DNA of 62,356 nt, filler included. It is 10 parts of 10 records of this genome, joined end to end, with 100 filler letters (N's around TTAATTAATTAA, not from the genome) between each part and the next. Parts side by side here need not be neighbours in the genome. Positions count along the whole stretch, not along the records: positions 1 to 7,793 come from SRR7504441_3373; positions 7,894 to 11,495 come from SRR7504441_3374; positions 11,596 to 22,927 come from SRR7504441_3375; 7 more parts are not named here. One strand, written 5' to 3'. Under the pieces are notes generated by a model, which made no database searches, was not told the origin of the DNA, and was given only the letters and a program-made list of their open reading frames with translations. Every line of letters starts with the position of its first letter. Positions within the stretch are counted from its first letter, which is position 1. Positions 1 to 11,880 of this stretch are shown here, one piece after another. The translations under genes were made by a program, and so were the position numbers.

Positions 1-1112
1 CGGTTTATGTTATGATGGCGCCGCGGCTGTGCGTATCTCGGGCCGTTTTGGATCCATCTGAGCCGCGGCTGTGCAGGCTTGGCTAATGAAGATGCTCTTG
101 GAGAAGGGTGCCAACCCGATGGCCAGCTGCGACGCGGACAAGAACATCCTGCACGACTTGTTTTGGCGAGCGGCCCCGCCACCGCTCGAGGTGGGCCGGC
201 TCGGCGTGCGCGAGTTGATCGCCCGGCCAGGTACTAGCGGCCATGGAGGAGGTGTTTTATCAAGTGCACTACCATGCCGGCGTGCACACTCTGCTCCATC
301 TGCTGCATTCGAAAGACCGGATGGGGTTCACTCCGCTGGATTACGTCAAGCCTGAGCATACCAACTGGCAGACGCTGTTAGACAGAGTAGCCGGCTGGGC
401 CGCCGAGGGGCAAAGTCCAGCCTCTGTGGAGTTGAAGATTCCCCAGAAACCGCCGCCAGTGAGGGTGGAAACACTAGACCCAGACACGCTGTTTGAGCAA
501 ATCTTGGAACAGATGCCCAGTGCACCGACCCGTTTGCTCCGCCGGCTGGCCGATCTGGACGCCTCTTTCTTGCTCGCGGATATTAGGGATCTGAGTGGCA
601 AGACAGTCGCGGCTTCTAGAGGGTTCTGCAGGGTAACTGGATACGCCCTGCATGAGATTTTAGGCCAGAACTGCCGGTTCCTGCAAGGCCCGGAGACTGA
701 CCCTTCGGACGTCGTTAAGATTCGGCAAGCTCTAGTTGCACACAAGCCGCTGCATGTGCGAATCACTAACTACAGGAAGGATCGGACAAAATTCGAAAAT
801 AATTTCGTGCTGATCCCGCTAGAAGGCTCATCAGGCAGCGCGGCGTATTATGTGGGGATCCAGGACTGTCCGCAGGACATAATTGATGAATATGTGACCA
901 ACCATGTGGATCATGCGACTGAGCAGCGCCACAATGAATCATCCGAGGAAAGCTCCGCTGAAGTTGGGCATAAGCGAATTCCAGGAGAGCGCTCCGCGTC
1001 GGCCATCAGTGAGACTGCCTTGACGCCGGTCTCATCTGATGGTGCTTCTGATGGTGTCTGTGATGATGGCCCACCAAATTGCAAAAGGCAGCGATGTGAT
1101 GTTGGCTTGTGA
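1..1112 (+). CDS. Ankyrin-like repeat + LOV (PAS) blue-light sensor protein, 5'-partial, with short introns (e.g. 191-230)
   Basis: LOV signature GQNCRFLQG (Cys codon 672-674) with downstream NYRKD..F.N and YYVGIQ. Upstream ankyrin-like segments LLEKGANP, NILHDLFW and KDRMGFTPLDYV. C-terminal KRQR. Confidence 0.85.
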
Positions 1113-1523
1113 AGAGCATGTACCGAGCAACTGTGATGACAAATCCAGTCTCGGATGATCAACAAAAGTGATTCCACACAGCCTTGATCGTGCTTCAGAG
1201 TTTGGGAGGGCTACTTGTCAAATAATGAATTGTCCATGCTACCATGCATTAATTTTGATTGATGAATCAGATTTACGGTACTCGTATTCGTTCATAGTTA
1301 ACAAATTGGCAATAAATGAATCTCGGAGAATATCTTGCACAGATGTCACATGCCCTCCAGTAATTAAGGACATGAAAACGAAGATGTTGGATTTGCGAGT
1401 GCCAATATAATCTGTAAAATCTAAAAAATTAATAGATTCATCGTCAATTGCCAGCAAAAGGATCTTTAATAATAAATTGTGTCGGGAGATTGTTCTATCA
1501 ACGCATCAGCATTGCGTAGAGAT

Positions 1524-2664
1524 CTATTTGGCCTTCTTGGCCTCGAACCACTTGGCGTTCTTCTCCTTGCGCTTGGCCTCATACCTGATCCCCGTGCTCA
1601 GCCACCTTGTCGCCAGCTCGAGTACAATAAGCCCAGGGCACAATCACTCATTAGTGGTCGGGGGGAGACTCACTTGTCGACGACTGACTCGTACTTCCAG
1701 CCGGTCTCGGAGGCAATACGCTTCAGGGTGCAGTACTTGCGGCCCGGGCGAAGGCGGGTCACGCTGTAAATCCAAACGAGGTCAGACCCAGCACACTGCG
1801 TGAGAGCACCGGAGAGCGGAAGGCACAACCATCTTCTTGACCTTGTCGAATGGCGAGGGGATGCCGTCGACAGCCTGCCCAAGCGGTGACCGCGCTGGGG
1901 CCTGGAGGTGAGACCTTCACGCGCTGGAAAGCAGCTGAGCCACGGTAGAACTTGTGCGGCACCATGCCACGGATTGTGCTGCGCAGGTCTGAGCACAAAG
2001 CCACAAAAGACGGGGCACCGCATCAGCATGTCGGCTGGGGAGCGATGGTGGAATGGGCCCTTCCTTGGGTTAGTCGACATCCGCTTCTGCTTCTGCATCA
2101 GACGGTGCACTGCCCAGCCGCCCATCAGCACACCCCTCTGAGCACCCTGCTATTGGCCATCTGACTGACTGCCCTGTCTAGCCCCTCTGCCTATCGCCGC
2201 TAAGGCGCTACCCTCCTGTGGTTTAGCGCGACTCACGTTTGTTGCGAATGAACGAGCCAGAGATGTTGAGCTCCTCGCACCGGACGAGCATGATCTTCTG
2301 GCCGGCCAGAGCCTCCTTGGCCACGAACGAAGCTGCCAGGCCCGGGTCACGCCGCGCTAAGGGCCCGGAGAGCCAGGCGCTAGGGACGGGCAGTTTCAGG
2401 CGGCCAGTCCGGTCGCCAGCAGTGAGAAACCCGGCAGGGAGGCGGCCAGCGCAAGGGGAGAGGCGGCAGGCAGCCACGTCTAGAACACATGTGACTAGCC
2501 CCGCCGCCGCTCGCCCCCGCCGCCCGTGAGATTGCTAGGTACCGGCGGCCCGAGGGGGGCTGCGAGCGGGGAGGCCGGCCATGGTTCAGAGGGCGGAGGG
2601 AGGGGGCACCGAGGCGGCCGAGGAGGTGGCCACGGCAGTCAATGACGATCAGCTTTTCGAACAT
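1524..2664 (-). CDS. RPL13A: 60S ribosomal protein uL13 (L13a), 6 GT-AG introns (277, 127, 40, 40, 46, 89 nt)
   Basis: Spliced translation [75 protein letters not shown]...GWKYE...; stop TAG at 1524-1526. Confidence 0.97.
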
Positions 2665-2908
2665 TCTCCTGGAGCTGCCACACGCTGGTCAGCGGGCGGG
2701 CAAGGGCTGAGTGGCGCGAGCGCCATTCACCTGGCTGGACTACCCCTCGTTCGCTACAAGGCCTGGCAACGGAATTCCGTTGTGAGCGATCCCACCAGGC
2801 AGTGCCGACACAGTGGAAGCAGAGCCGGCGGTTATGTACAGGTACTGTCCCGTCGCGTATTGATTGCACCCTCTGAGATCCAACCGGCAGCTCGCACCGA
2901 CGGACCCG

Positions 2909-3988
2909 ATGTTGGTCCATGTTGCAGCTCTCGTGCTCTGCGTGCTCGGTCCGATAAGCGTGCTGTGCTCGCCCCAAGGGCCATGCGACATTCTGGTCGC
3001 TGCTGGTAACCGTTGTGTCGCTGGGCACAGCACCGTTCGCGCACTCTACGGTGGCTACACGGGGGCCCTGTACATGCTCGCACGGCCGGACAACCAGACT
3101 AGAGACATCAGAGTGCTGGGAGCGGGCGGCTTCGCTGACGTGAGGGCACACGATGAGTTCTGTGCCGCGGGTGACTGTGTTATCAAGCTCATCTACGACC
3201 AGTCGCCGGAGGGCAACCATCTCGGCCAGCGGATCAGCAACGGCGTGGTGCACAAGATGGTGAACGCGTCCACGCACCGGATTGCCGTTCGAGGCGGTGT
3301 CGAGGTTTATGGGATGTGGTTCGACCCTGGGTACGGGTACCATATAGACAACACCACAGGCGTCCCCAAGGGTAATGAGCCAGAGTCGATCTACGCGGTC
3401 ATGAGCGGGAAGCGCTATAATGAGCACTGTTGCTTTGACTATGGTAACTCCGAGAACACGATCACCGCTGGCAAGGACTACGGCTGTGGGGCCATGGAGG
3501 CCATCTACTTCGGGAACTCGCGCTGGGTGCCACATTCGCCATGGACTGCTCCAGATGGCAATCGCGGACATGGGGATGGCCCCTGGGTTGGTGCAGACCT
3601 CGAGGCAGGGATGTATTACGGCGGTGGGAACGCCACACGGGTGAACGAACAGAACACTCCGCTGACGTCCGAGTTCGTTAGCCTGAGCCTTAAGGGCCGG
3701 ACTGACGGATTCACGCTCAAGGGGGGTGATGCGACTCAAGGGATGCTCAAGACCATGTACGATGGCGTGCGGCCAGACAAGAAGATCGCTGCGGACTGTG
3801 GGGACACGTATCACTATCAGCCGATGCGCAAGCAGGGCGCAATCATACTTGCGACCGGGGGTGATAACTCGAACGGCGCAGAGGGCAACTTCTACGAGGG
3901 CTTTATGGCCACTGGCTATGCTTCAGACGCGACCGATGCAGCTATCCAGGCCAATATCATCGAAGTAGGATACCGGACCTTGGAATAA
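2909..3988 (+). CDS. Secreted alpha-L-arabinofuranosidase B-like protein (GH54 catalytic domain only), intronless
   Basis: Signal peptide, then GPCDI..GNRCVAGHSTVRALY, IYDQS, CCFDYGNSE, GAMEAIYFG, GPWVGADLEAG, MRKQGAIILATGGDNSN and GNFYEG. No CBM42 domain. Confidence 0.92.
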   Translation: MLVHVAALVLCVLGPISVLCSPQGPCDILVAAGNRCVAGHSTVRALYGGYTGALYMLARPDNQTRDIRVLGAGGFADVRAHDEFCAAGDCVIKLIYDQSPEGNHLGQRISNGVVHKMVNASTHRIAVRGGVEVYGMWFDPGYGYHIDNTTGVPKGNEPESIYAVMSGKRYNEHCCFDYGNSENTITAGKDYGCGAMEAIYFGNSRWVPHSPWTAPDGNRGHGDGPWVGADLEAGMYYGGGNATRVNEQNTPLTSEFVSLSLKGRTDGFTLKGGDATQGMLKTMYDGVRPDKKIAADCGDTYHYQPMRKQGAIILATGGDNSNGAEGNFYEGFMATGYASDATDAAIQANIIEVGYRTLE

Positions 3989-4277
3989 CCTTGGATACCC
4001 TGCATTGCTGAGCCTAGTTTGATGATGCATAGTTAATACATGGTATTGACCTCAAAATTAGTTACAACGTCGCTAGTTCATGAATATGTAATTGATTATC
4101 TGTCGTCGGATTGTTTTTGAACTCTTTGAATAAAAAATTGCGATTGATGCATGTAGATACTTATTGATTGTCAATTTAATCATGGCCAATGGCGGACGAT
4201 CCCAATGTAACCGTGAAAGATCCACAGATCAGCTAGAATTGCGGAAATATTGGGGCACCATAGGTTAGAGCGCACAC

Positions 4278-5675
4278 TTACTTCTTCTTCTTCTTCTTCT
4301 TCTTGGGAGGAGGTCGGTGCTTGAGGAAATAGTGCCAAGCCCGCTGCAGCTTGAGCGCCGCAGCCTGCTTAAGCTCTCGCTCCTTTTCGGTCCGAATCCG
4401 GTTCTCCTCTCTCCTCTCGTCCTCTGCGATCAGCGCCTTCTTGATTTCGTTCTCCATGTTGTACCGGCCAAGTGTATCTTCCAGAGTCCCCCTAGTGCTC
4501 TCCTCGTCCTTGGTGAGCTTCTCTAATTCATTCTGCAGAGCACCGCTCACGCCGGCACCGGCTGGCCGGGACACCTCTTTGCTTTCCTTCACGTCCTCGT
4601 ACTTATCCTGCCACTCCACACCCATCTCACTCAGCTCCTTGGTCTTCTTCTTGAGGAAAAACGCATTCCCCTCGCACACCCGACGCTCCAGCGCCACCTT
4701 CTGCTCCATCAGTTGTATCTCCTCATTCAGTTCCCGGATCCTCTGCTCGTACGCGCGCTCCTGCGAGTTCATCCGCGCGCCCGTCTCCTTCTGCAAGTAG
4801 GTTGTCTCCATCTGCGACTGGCTGCGCAGGTCGTGCAGCTCCACCTTGAGCTTCATGGTCATCTCGTTCCGTTGGTCCACATCCTGCTGATGCTCCGTGT
4901 GCTCCGTCTCAAGGTTGCGCTTGAGTGTCGCCTGTCCCAGCCTCAGACCCGCCCGGCCGACACCGCTCACCAGCTGCTCTCGACTCTCCTTCTCGTTGGT
5001 TTTGAGCGCCTCGAACGCCTCGCTGCCCCCGGTTCTGGCGCCACCGTCCGGGGCCGCACCGGTCTTTCTTGTCTCCTATCACGGTCTGCTCTAAAGTGCT
5101 GAAACTATGCGGCGGCGAACTGCGACGGGGTTCAGGCGTCGGCCGGGCTGGCCGGGCACCGCAGCTCGCTGATGGTGATGGTGAATATCCGTTGGAGCAG
5201 CGCGCGCTCCTTCTGGATCTTGAGCAGGTTCTCGGCGATATTCGGGTTTGAGATCAGCGTCCGACTCAGCTGCTTGGACTTTCGATCGAGCTCCACCGCG
5301 GTCTGCCCCCGGGTGAGCTGGCCGCCCCGACCGGCTGGCTGCCTCGGCGATCTGCTCCTCGGTCTTGGCGAGCTCAGCCTGGTTGGCGTATCCCTGCAGG
5401 GTGGCCCGTCTGACAACCAGCTCAGCGTACCGGCGCTGGAGCTCTTTCTGTTCCTGGATCACTGCGGAGATTTCGTCCTGCCCCGACTCGCCCGGAGCCC
5501 GGCCGGCGGGCGGCACCCCGATCCGCTGGGAGAGTTCGTCGGTGGAGGAGCGGTCCTGGAGCGACTGCATGGCCTCGAGCAGCTCGAACTTGTCGAGCGC
5601 GTCCTCGAGCACCTTGATGGTCAGGTGCGCGTCCACCGCCGGCATGCTCACGGGCCGCGCCTCCGACGCCATCAT
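4278..5675 (-). CDS. IQCG: Dynein regulatory complex subunit DRC9/IQCG-like coiled-coil IQ protein, about 6 short introns including GC-AG 5303-5342
   Basis: Spliced coiled-coil protein containing NPNIAENLLKIQKER, a C-terminal IQ-like AAALKLQRAW and a poly-K tail. Confidence 0.75.
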
Positions 5676-5759
5676 CGCTCGGCTGTCGACCGGTCACCAG
5701 CCACTGCACTGTGCGACAGCGCCTGCCGACGCCGCGTATGCTATCTTTACACGCGGTGG

Positions 5760-7793
5760 ATGTCCGTTGTTCAGTTGCCGCCAGTGCTTGACCGACGTGC
5801 GACACACATGCCGCTGCCCACCCCCCGCTCCCGACGCAGCTCGAGGGAGGCCATATCGCCGGTGCTCGCCGGCATGAAGCACCCTTCGCCCAGCGGCTCG
5901 GTCCTGCACAGCATGCAGCTCGACCCACCGCCGCTCGAAATCGGCCAACGAGTGCACGCGCCGGAGGTCCGACCTGCACATGAGTACGATCTCTGCTTGG
6001 ACCAGCTGTTCAGGCGCCCACCACACCCCCCGGGCCGACCCCTGAGCCGGGACCAGGCTGGCTGCGTCCGAACACGCCAACGAGGTCGCGTTGGAAGGGG
6101 CTAGGTTCAGCCTAACCTACGCCGAGCTGGAGCTGCACACTGACCAGCTGGCCGCGTTCCTACGGACACACATGGGCGCCCGGCCCGAGGCTGTGTGCGG
6201 CATATTCATGGAGCGATGCGAAGAGTGCTTGCCGGCGCCGGTTGCAGCTGAATTCGAGTGCCAGGTATGTGATCGCTCTGCTCGCCATTCTGAAGACTGG
6301 TGCGGCCTATTGCCCGATAGAACTGGCGTACCCGGCGACGTTGCTCGCGTCGGTGTTCGATGAGGTGCAGCCGTGCGTGACGATCACGAAGAGGGAGTGG
6401 GCTAACAAAATCCCTCAAGGGCTCGATCAATTCATGCTGGACGATGGCTGGATTGACGATGTCGGAGGTCAGCCGCGAGGTCCGCACCAGCTAACGGCTG
6501 GTTTAGGCGTCGATTTGAGTCTTCTCGAGCAAGAACGACCTAACAGTGACTCGCTGTGCTACATTGTGTACTCGGGGGGCTCCACTGGTGCTCTATGATT
6601 CGGTTGGGCGGCATTGAATGTGAGGGTAGGCAAGCCCAAGGGCATTCAAGGGACCATCAGAAGCTGCGTGGCGTCGTATCTCTGGCGGTACGAGCTTTCC
6701 GGATACCAACGAGGAGCTCGTGTTGCGTGCAATGTCTTTTTTGTTTGGGAGGTGTGTAGCACCCGGTATGGCGCTGCTGAGTCCTGTGATGGCAGATCTT
6801 GCGGCCACTGCTTCGTGGAGGATCCGTCATCTGCGTGCCCGATGACATTATCTTTAACGCCGCGGAGCTTCTGGAGTACATGAAGAGATTCCGAGTTACG
6901 GAGATTTTGTTCACACCGTCTCTTGCAGGCTAACAGCACCTTGATAAGGAAGCGACTGATCGAGTGGTGCAGAGACCTTGCTTGCTACAACGGAGAACAT
7001 CTCGCTGCAGGTCCCATCGCTGCAGGTCGTTTGGCTCAACGGCGAGGTGGTTGGGATATTCTGCTGTCCTGGCCAATGCTTGGCTTGTTGCAGGTGGTCA
7101 CTTCGAAATTGCTTGAAACATGTGAGCACAAGATGCCCCGTGTGAAGCTCTTCAGCACATATTCAATCTCTGAATGTGGCGAGGTGCCCCCTTGTGCATC
7201 TGCGCCTGCTCACTGTCTAAAGGTATCTGGTGTGGCGCTGCGTCACGACCCTTCCCGGCAATTCGGGACTGTTGGTAAGGCCGCTTCATTTGTGACGTAT
7301 TTGATTATGGATACTGAAAGCCACACCCCAGTGCAAGAGCAGTACCAACCTGGAGAGCTCTGGGTCTCTGGGAGAGGCGTTGGCCGTGGTTACTTATACA
7401 ACCCGCAGAAGACCGCTGAGCGGTTTGTGGAGAGAGATGGTGTATCTTACTTCCGCACTGGCGACCTCTGCAGGGAGGTGGAAGGTACTGACGGGGAGCT
7501 CGAAATTCTAGGTCGCTGCGACTTCATGGTCAAGGTACGTGGGTACTCTGTGGTGCTCGAAGCAGTGGAGACTGCCATTCTCAAGCGCATTGCGAGCTCT
7601 GCATGCTGTGTTGTTGCAATAGGGGCAGAAGGGGAGGATAAGAGACTCGCTGTAAGTTTCAGATCCTCAAAAGGCTTGTTGTGAGAGGGTTACAGGCGTA
7701 CATTGTGCCGTGCAAACAGCAAGCTGACGTCAAAGGCCGGCTTGCAGAGTGGTCTATCGATGAGAATCTCGCTAAATGTCAGATCTTTCTGGC
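5760..7793 (+). CDS. NRPS-type amino-acid adenylation domain protein, 3'-truncated by the contig end, many short introns
   Basis: Motifs LTYAEL (A1), ILKTGAAYCPIE (A2), YIVYSGGSTG|KPKG (A3), YSISE (A5), GELWVSGRGVGRGY (A6), YFRTGDL (A7) and GRCDFMVKVRGY (A8). Confidence 0.88.
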
Positions 7794-7893
7794 NNNNNNN
7801 NNNNNNNNNNNNNNNNNNNNNNNNNNNNNNNNNNNNNTTAATTAATTAANNNNNNNNNNNNNNNNNNNNNNNNNNNNNNNNNNNNNNNNNNNN
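7794..7893. other. Artificial contig linker (N44-TTAATTAATTAA-N44). Identical linkers at 11496-11595, 22928-23027, 26978-27077, 39001-39100, 43706-43805, 47515-47614, 50792-50891 and 59190-59289
   Basis: 100-nt N spacer with a six-frame stop palindrome, repeated nine times. Confidence 0.99.
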
Positions 7894-8190
7894 CATTCTG
7901 ACATTGGGCTCCTAGCCCCTCTACGACATCGACGTGTACCGTACGTACATGCATGTTCTTGGCCGTTGTGCCCCCAGCCCCCAACCAAGGGGTCTGAGCG
8001 CACATTGCGACATTGGCACAGACGTAGCACAGACGAGCATGATACTCGTCAGATTGTTCCGAGGCGTGAACTGATGATGACATGCCGGCTGAAACGTGCT
8101 GAAAACGTCAGGCAGGGCCGGATTCGCCGCCCAGAACACGTAACCGCTCGTTGCCAACGTGCTCACACGCAGCGCAGTCGGGCTTCCAAG

Positions 8191-9854
8191 ATGGGCTGCG
8201 GCGGGAGCAAGGATAGAGATGACCGGCTGGATGCGGACGGGAGCGAGAACTCCCAATACGCCAAGCGCGCCCGGGCCGCCTCGGCCCAGGCCAAGTCGCG
8301 GGTGCACGCCGGGATGAATCAGACGGAGCTAGACTCGGTTCGGTCGGCCGGGGGCCTGGGCCGGACGGTTGGCAGGTTATGGACGAGCAATTCTTTGACG
8401 CGGACGACGAGATGACCTCGATGGACGACCCGTTCGGCAACCATTGGTGGGACAACGAGGATGAGTTCGAGTTCGTGGACTCCAGCGAGGAGGTGCCCCG
8501 CAAGCTGCCCCGGCCGCCCAACCGACCCAGGTGTACGCGCGGCTCAAGGCGTCGGCCGAGCGCAAACCGCCGGAGGGCTTCGACCCGAATGATGAGGACT
8601 GCCTCCGCAAGTATTACATTGACCGAGAGGACGCAGTTTGGTGGGGGCGCCCGGCAGCCGGGGCGCGAGTCGGCGGCAGGCTGGGTCGGCCGAACGCCCC
8701 AAAGTGCGGCTCGTTCAACCACAGGGTGGTGGAGCGGACTCCGGACGTCACCGCCATGGCAGACAACACCTGGTGCCCGGGGTACGGCGAGAACTTTAAG
8801 CTGAGGATTGGTCCAAACTATGCCAAGTATGGCAAAAAGGTGCCCGACTGGCTACCGGCCGGTGACTGGGGGGCAAGGACCACTCGATCGAGTCCATCTA
8901 TTCAATGGTCGCGATGGACATTATAAAATCCTCTTCTCCCATACACAACATTGCGTCACAGATGCGAATCCCCAAGGTGCCGAGCGCGCCCAGGCCGTCT
9001 TTTGAGCGGCGTGAGCAGCCCGACTTCGACATCAAAAGCAAGCACGTGCCCCCAGTGCTCGTGATCAACATCCAGCTCCCGGTCGGCTCGCCTTGGATCA
9101 TGTCCCGTACGCTGGATGGCCCGTGCCTCCAGATGGTCTCCCTGCCGTGCTCCGCCCTCGTCCGAGCTCTCGCTGCAGGTAGCCACCATGGTGCTCAAGG
9201 AGAAATACGCCAAGATGTTCGAGAAGCTCGGTGCGCCCTCGCCCCGCTCGCCTGTCACTGGCGGCAGGCACCGGCGGCGCGCTCCCCTGCATTGATCAAC
9301 TGGAGGAGTACTTCCGGGTGACCTCCTGGGCTGAACTGCCTGGGCTGACCGACCGAGCAGATTGCGCCGACCGAGAATGAAGACGGCAGCTCGTCCAAGA
9401 CTTATCGCTGGAGGTGGAAGTTCATAGGCAAGAGCGAGGACAGCGTGCCGTCCGCAGTCAAACGATTCAATGGCAAGCCTGCGCTCATCACCAAGGACGG
9501 TCGGCTGCACGTCGGGCCGAAGAAGCACAACGGCGACGGGCCGGCATACGTGGAGATGGACATCAACGTGGCCGACTGGTGCCGTCTGGCTCGCTGCACT
9601 GTGTACACGATGTTCTCCACGGTGCCCGAGCGCAGGCTGCAGCTGGCACACGTGATCGAGTCTCGCGAGGACGAGCATATGCCCGAGCAAACTTTGTGCT
9701 GCGTCCAGGTCTGACCCGCCGGCCGACCGGCTGTGCTTACTGGGGGATGCAGATTTGCCGGATAGAGTGCTTTTCGGACAAGGATGAAATCTATGAGAAC
9801 CATCCACAGATAGTCGACGGCGATAAGACGTTTGTTGTGACGAAGAGCTCGTAA
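8191..9854 (+). CDS. EDR2 C-terminal (DUF1336)-like protein with an N-terminal MGCGGS acylation motif, multi-intron
   Basis: GENFKLRIGPNYAKYGKK, VPPVLVINIQLP, KRFNGKPALI, YVEMDINV and VIESREDEHMPEQTLCC. Confidence 0.82.
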
Positions 9855-10257
9855 CTGCTGTGAGCGCACCTCGACTTGTGGGCGGAGATCCAACGGAGTC
9901 TCTCTTGTTTATCTCCGTGATCCACTCATTACTCGTACGTAGAAGTTAAGGTCAGTGTAAGGTTTCACAGGCTTTTTATTTGATGATAATGTTGATATAA
10001 ATTAAACCGTTTCTGAAAAACTGAACGCACTTACGTGTGCTTCGTTGTGCTATTGCTTATATATTGTAATTTTAAATAAAAGTTGATTGTGCGATGCTCT
10101 GACTTAATAGTGGATGCTCTCTAAAGCTCTTTGAGTTTGTGAAGCCTCCAAGCTCGATAACCACGACCCACGACGGCATAGCTCATTAAAGTGTTATTAC
10201 CAGAACCCGACACAAACGTAATTGACCTGATTCCTCGCGTAGACGCTTGTGGCCGGC

Positions 10258-11099
10258 TCAAATGAGCCTTGCATGCTGATACTCCCGCACTAATTGATGC
10301 TCCTGGTCCATCTGAAACAGCAACTCCTCGCCTCTCATCCCACTCACCACCTGCCCCGGCGCTGGCCCAACAGACACCGCCCGGCTCGCCTCGTCCTCGG
10401 AGATATATATCTTGAACACCTTTCTGAAGCACCGCTTGGCCCGCACTATGTTGAAGTCCGACGTCACGAGCTTGATCAGTGAGCACTTTGCCTTGTCATT
10501 CCCCCCGAACAGCCAGCTGCCCCGGGCTCGCCCTCACCCCGGCGCCCGGGCGCACGTGTTAACGTCCTCCGCTTGCTCGAAGTTGTTCAGCTGCTCGGGC
10601 CGGCAGTAGATCACCTTCAGCGCAGCTCCGGGCCGCCCCGGGCCCAGGCACCCACCTCTGGCGGCACCTGGATGCCTTCCGGGCCGATCCCGTGAATCAG
10701 CGCCGCCTTGGCCTTCTCGGGCCCCCCTTGGGCTGCGTTGGGGTACATGCTGCTGTCTGGGCCACAGACGACGATGGTGGTGGAGGTCGGGTTGCGCGCC
10801 CAGTGACCCGCGGCCGCCTCGAGCCGGCGGAGCAGGATGTCGTGCAGAGAGCTGCCCCGGCTGGCACCAGCCTGGGCTCTGGGCCCACCCGTCCGGGAGC
10901 AGCGGGTGCCCAAGCACGCAAGCCACCGTGGTGCAGTTGAATGCTGTCGAGAACGGATCCTGCACGCGGCTGGACCGCGGGCCGGCCGGCCGGGCACCGG
11001 GGCCGGGTGGCCGTAGCGGTTGCGCCACTTTTGCACCCCGCGGGCCTCGCGGTAGAGCCGCTCCTCGTAGTTGATCATCTCCCGGTTCGGATTCGACAT
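10258..11099 (-). CDS. Hypothetical small multi-intron protein
   Basis: Starts MSNPNREMINYEERLYREARG, is interrupted by ~40-nt GT-AG introns and probably ends ...LVREYQHARLI*. The exon structure is only partly resolved. Confidence 0.5.
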
Positions 11100-11414
11100 G
11101 CTCACCGCGCCTCCCAGGAATAGTCCCCAACGAAATGGCGGGAAAGCGCTAGCTCTGGCGACTACTGTAAGGGACCCCGTCGAGACTGCCGGGGGTCACT
11201 CCCAGGCTTCTGCCCTGTCAACTCTCTCCACCGGTCAGCGGCCCGCTTTACGGCTACCCAGGGCGTGCGGGCCCCGCTCGAGCCGTCAAGCCTCCCCCCG
11301 CACGGGCCGCTTTCAGCATTGCTGCGCCACGTGCGCCGGGATCAGGCGATCAGGGGCTTTGGGTCAACAACCTCAAACTGCCAATTCGGGGGTTACGCTA
11401 TTCTCGGGCACGAC

Positions 11415-11495
11415 ATGGTCTCTCGCCCGGGGGGCGCGCGCTCATCGCGGGGGACAGGGCTGCGCTAACTCCACCACCACTGACGACGCGCCGGC
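11415..11495 (+). CDS. 5' end of a gene: ATG, then intron 11418-11457, then MGCANS (myristoylation/palmitoylation motif); truncated by the contig end
   Basis: ATG|GTCTCT...GGACAG|GGC TGC GCT AAC TCC. The 40-nt intron matches the genome's typical size. Confidence 0.6.
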
Positions 11496-11880
11496 NNNNN
11501 NNNNNNNNNNNNNNNNNNNNNNNNNNNNNNNNNNNNNNNTTAATTAATTAANNNNNNNNNNNNNNNNNNNNNNNNNNNNNNNNNNNNNNNNNNNNTCCGT
11601 TGGCTATGTGGCAATCCGTGTATTCTTATTGGGAAGGTCAATGCAGATCATGAATCACGATCACGAGTGACCCGCCGCCGATCCACCGCCACGGCCGCCA
11701 CCACGTGACCACGCCCCTTGCCCATGGACGCAGACAAACCGTCATTACTCGAGTGCTCGACCATGTAACATTACAGCCATGCACGGCATCCGAAAAGAGG
11801 CTCCATTACGAGTATATACGTATACGTACGAGCATGACGTTGTCCAGATTTAACAGTACTAGTCAAGAATAGATCAAAAG

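Noticed and set aside
2639-3814. Long antisense ORFs (also 31733-32857, 42494-43357, 56878-57792 and others)
   Set aside because: They are shadows of GC-rich real genes on the opposite strand and have no recognizable motifs.
7794-7893. Repeated TTAATTAATTAA palindromes in N runs as a biological repeat
   Set aside because: They are artificial contig-joining linkers; genes on either side are not neighbours.
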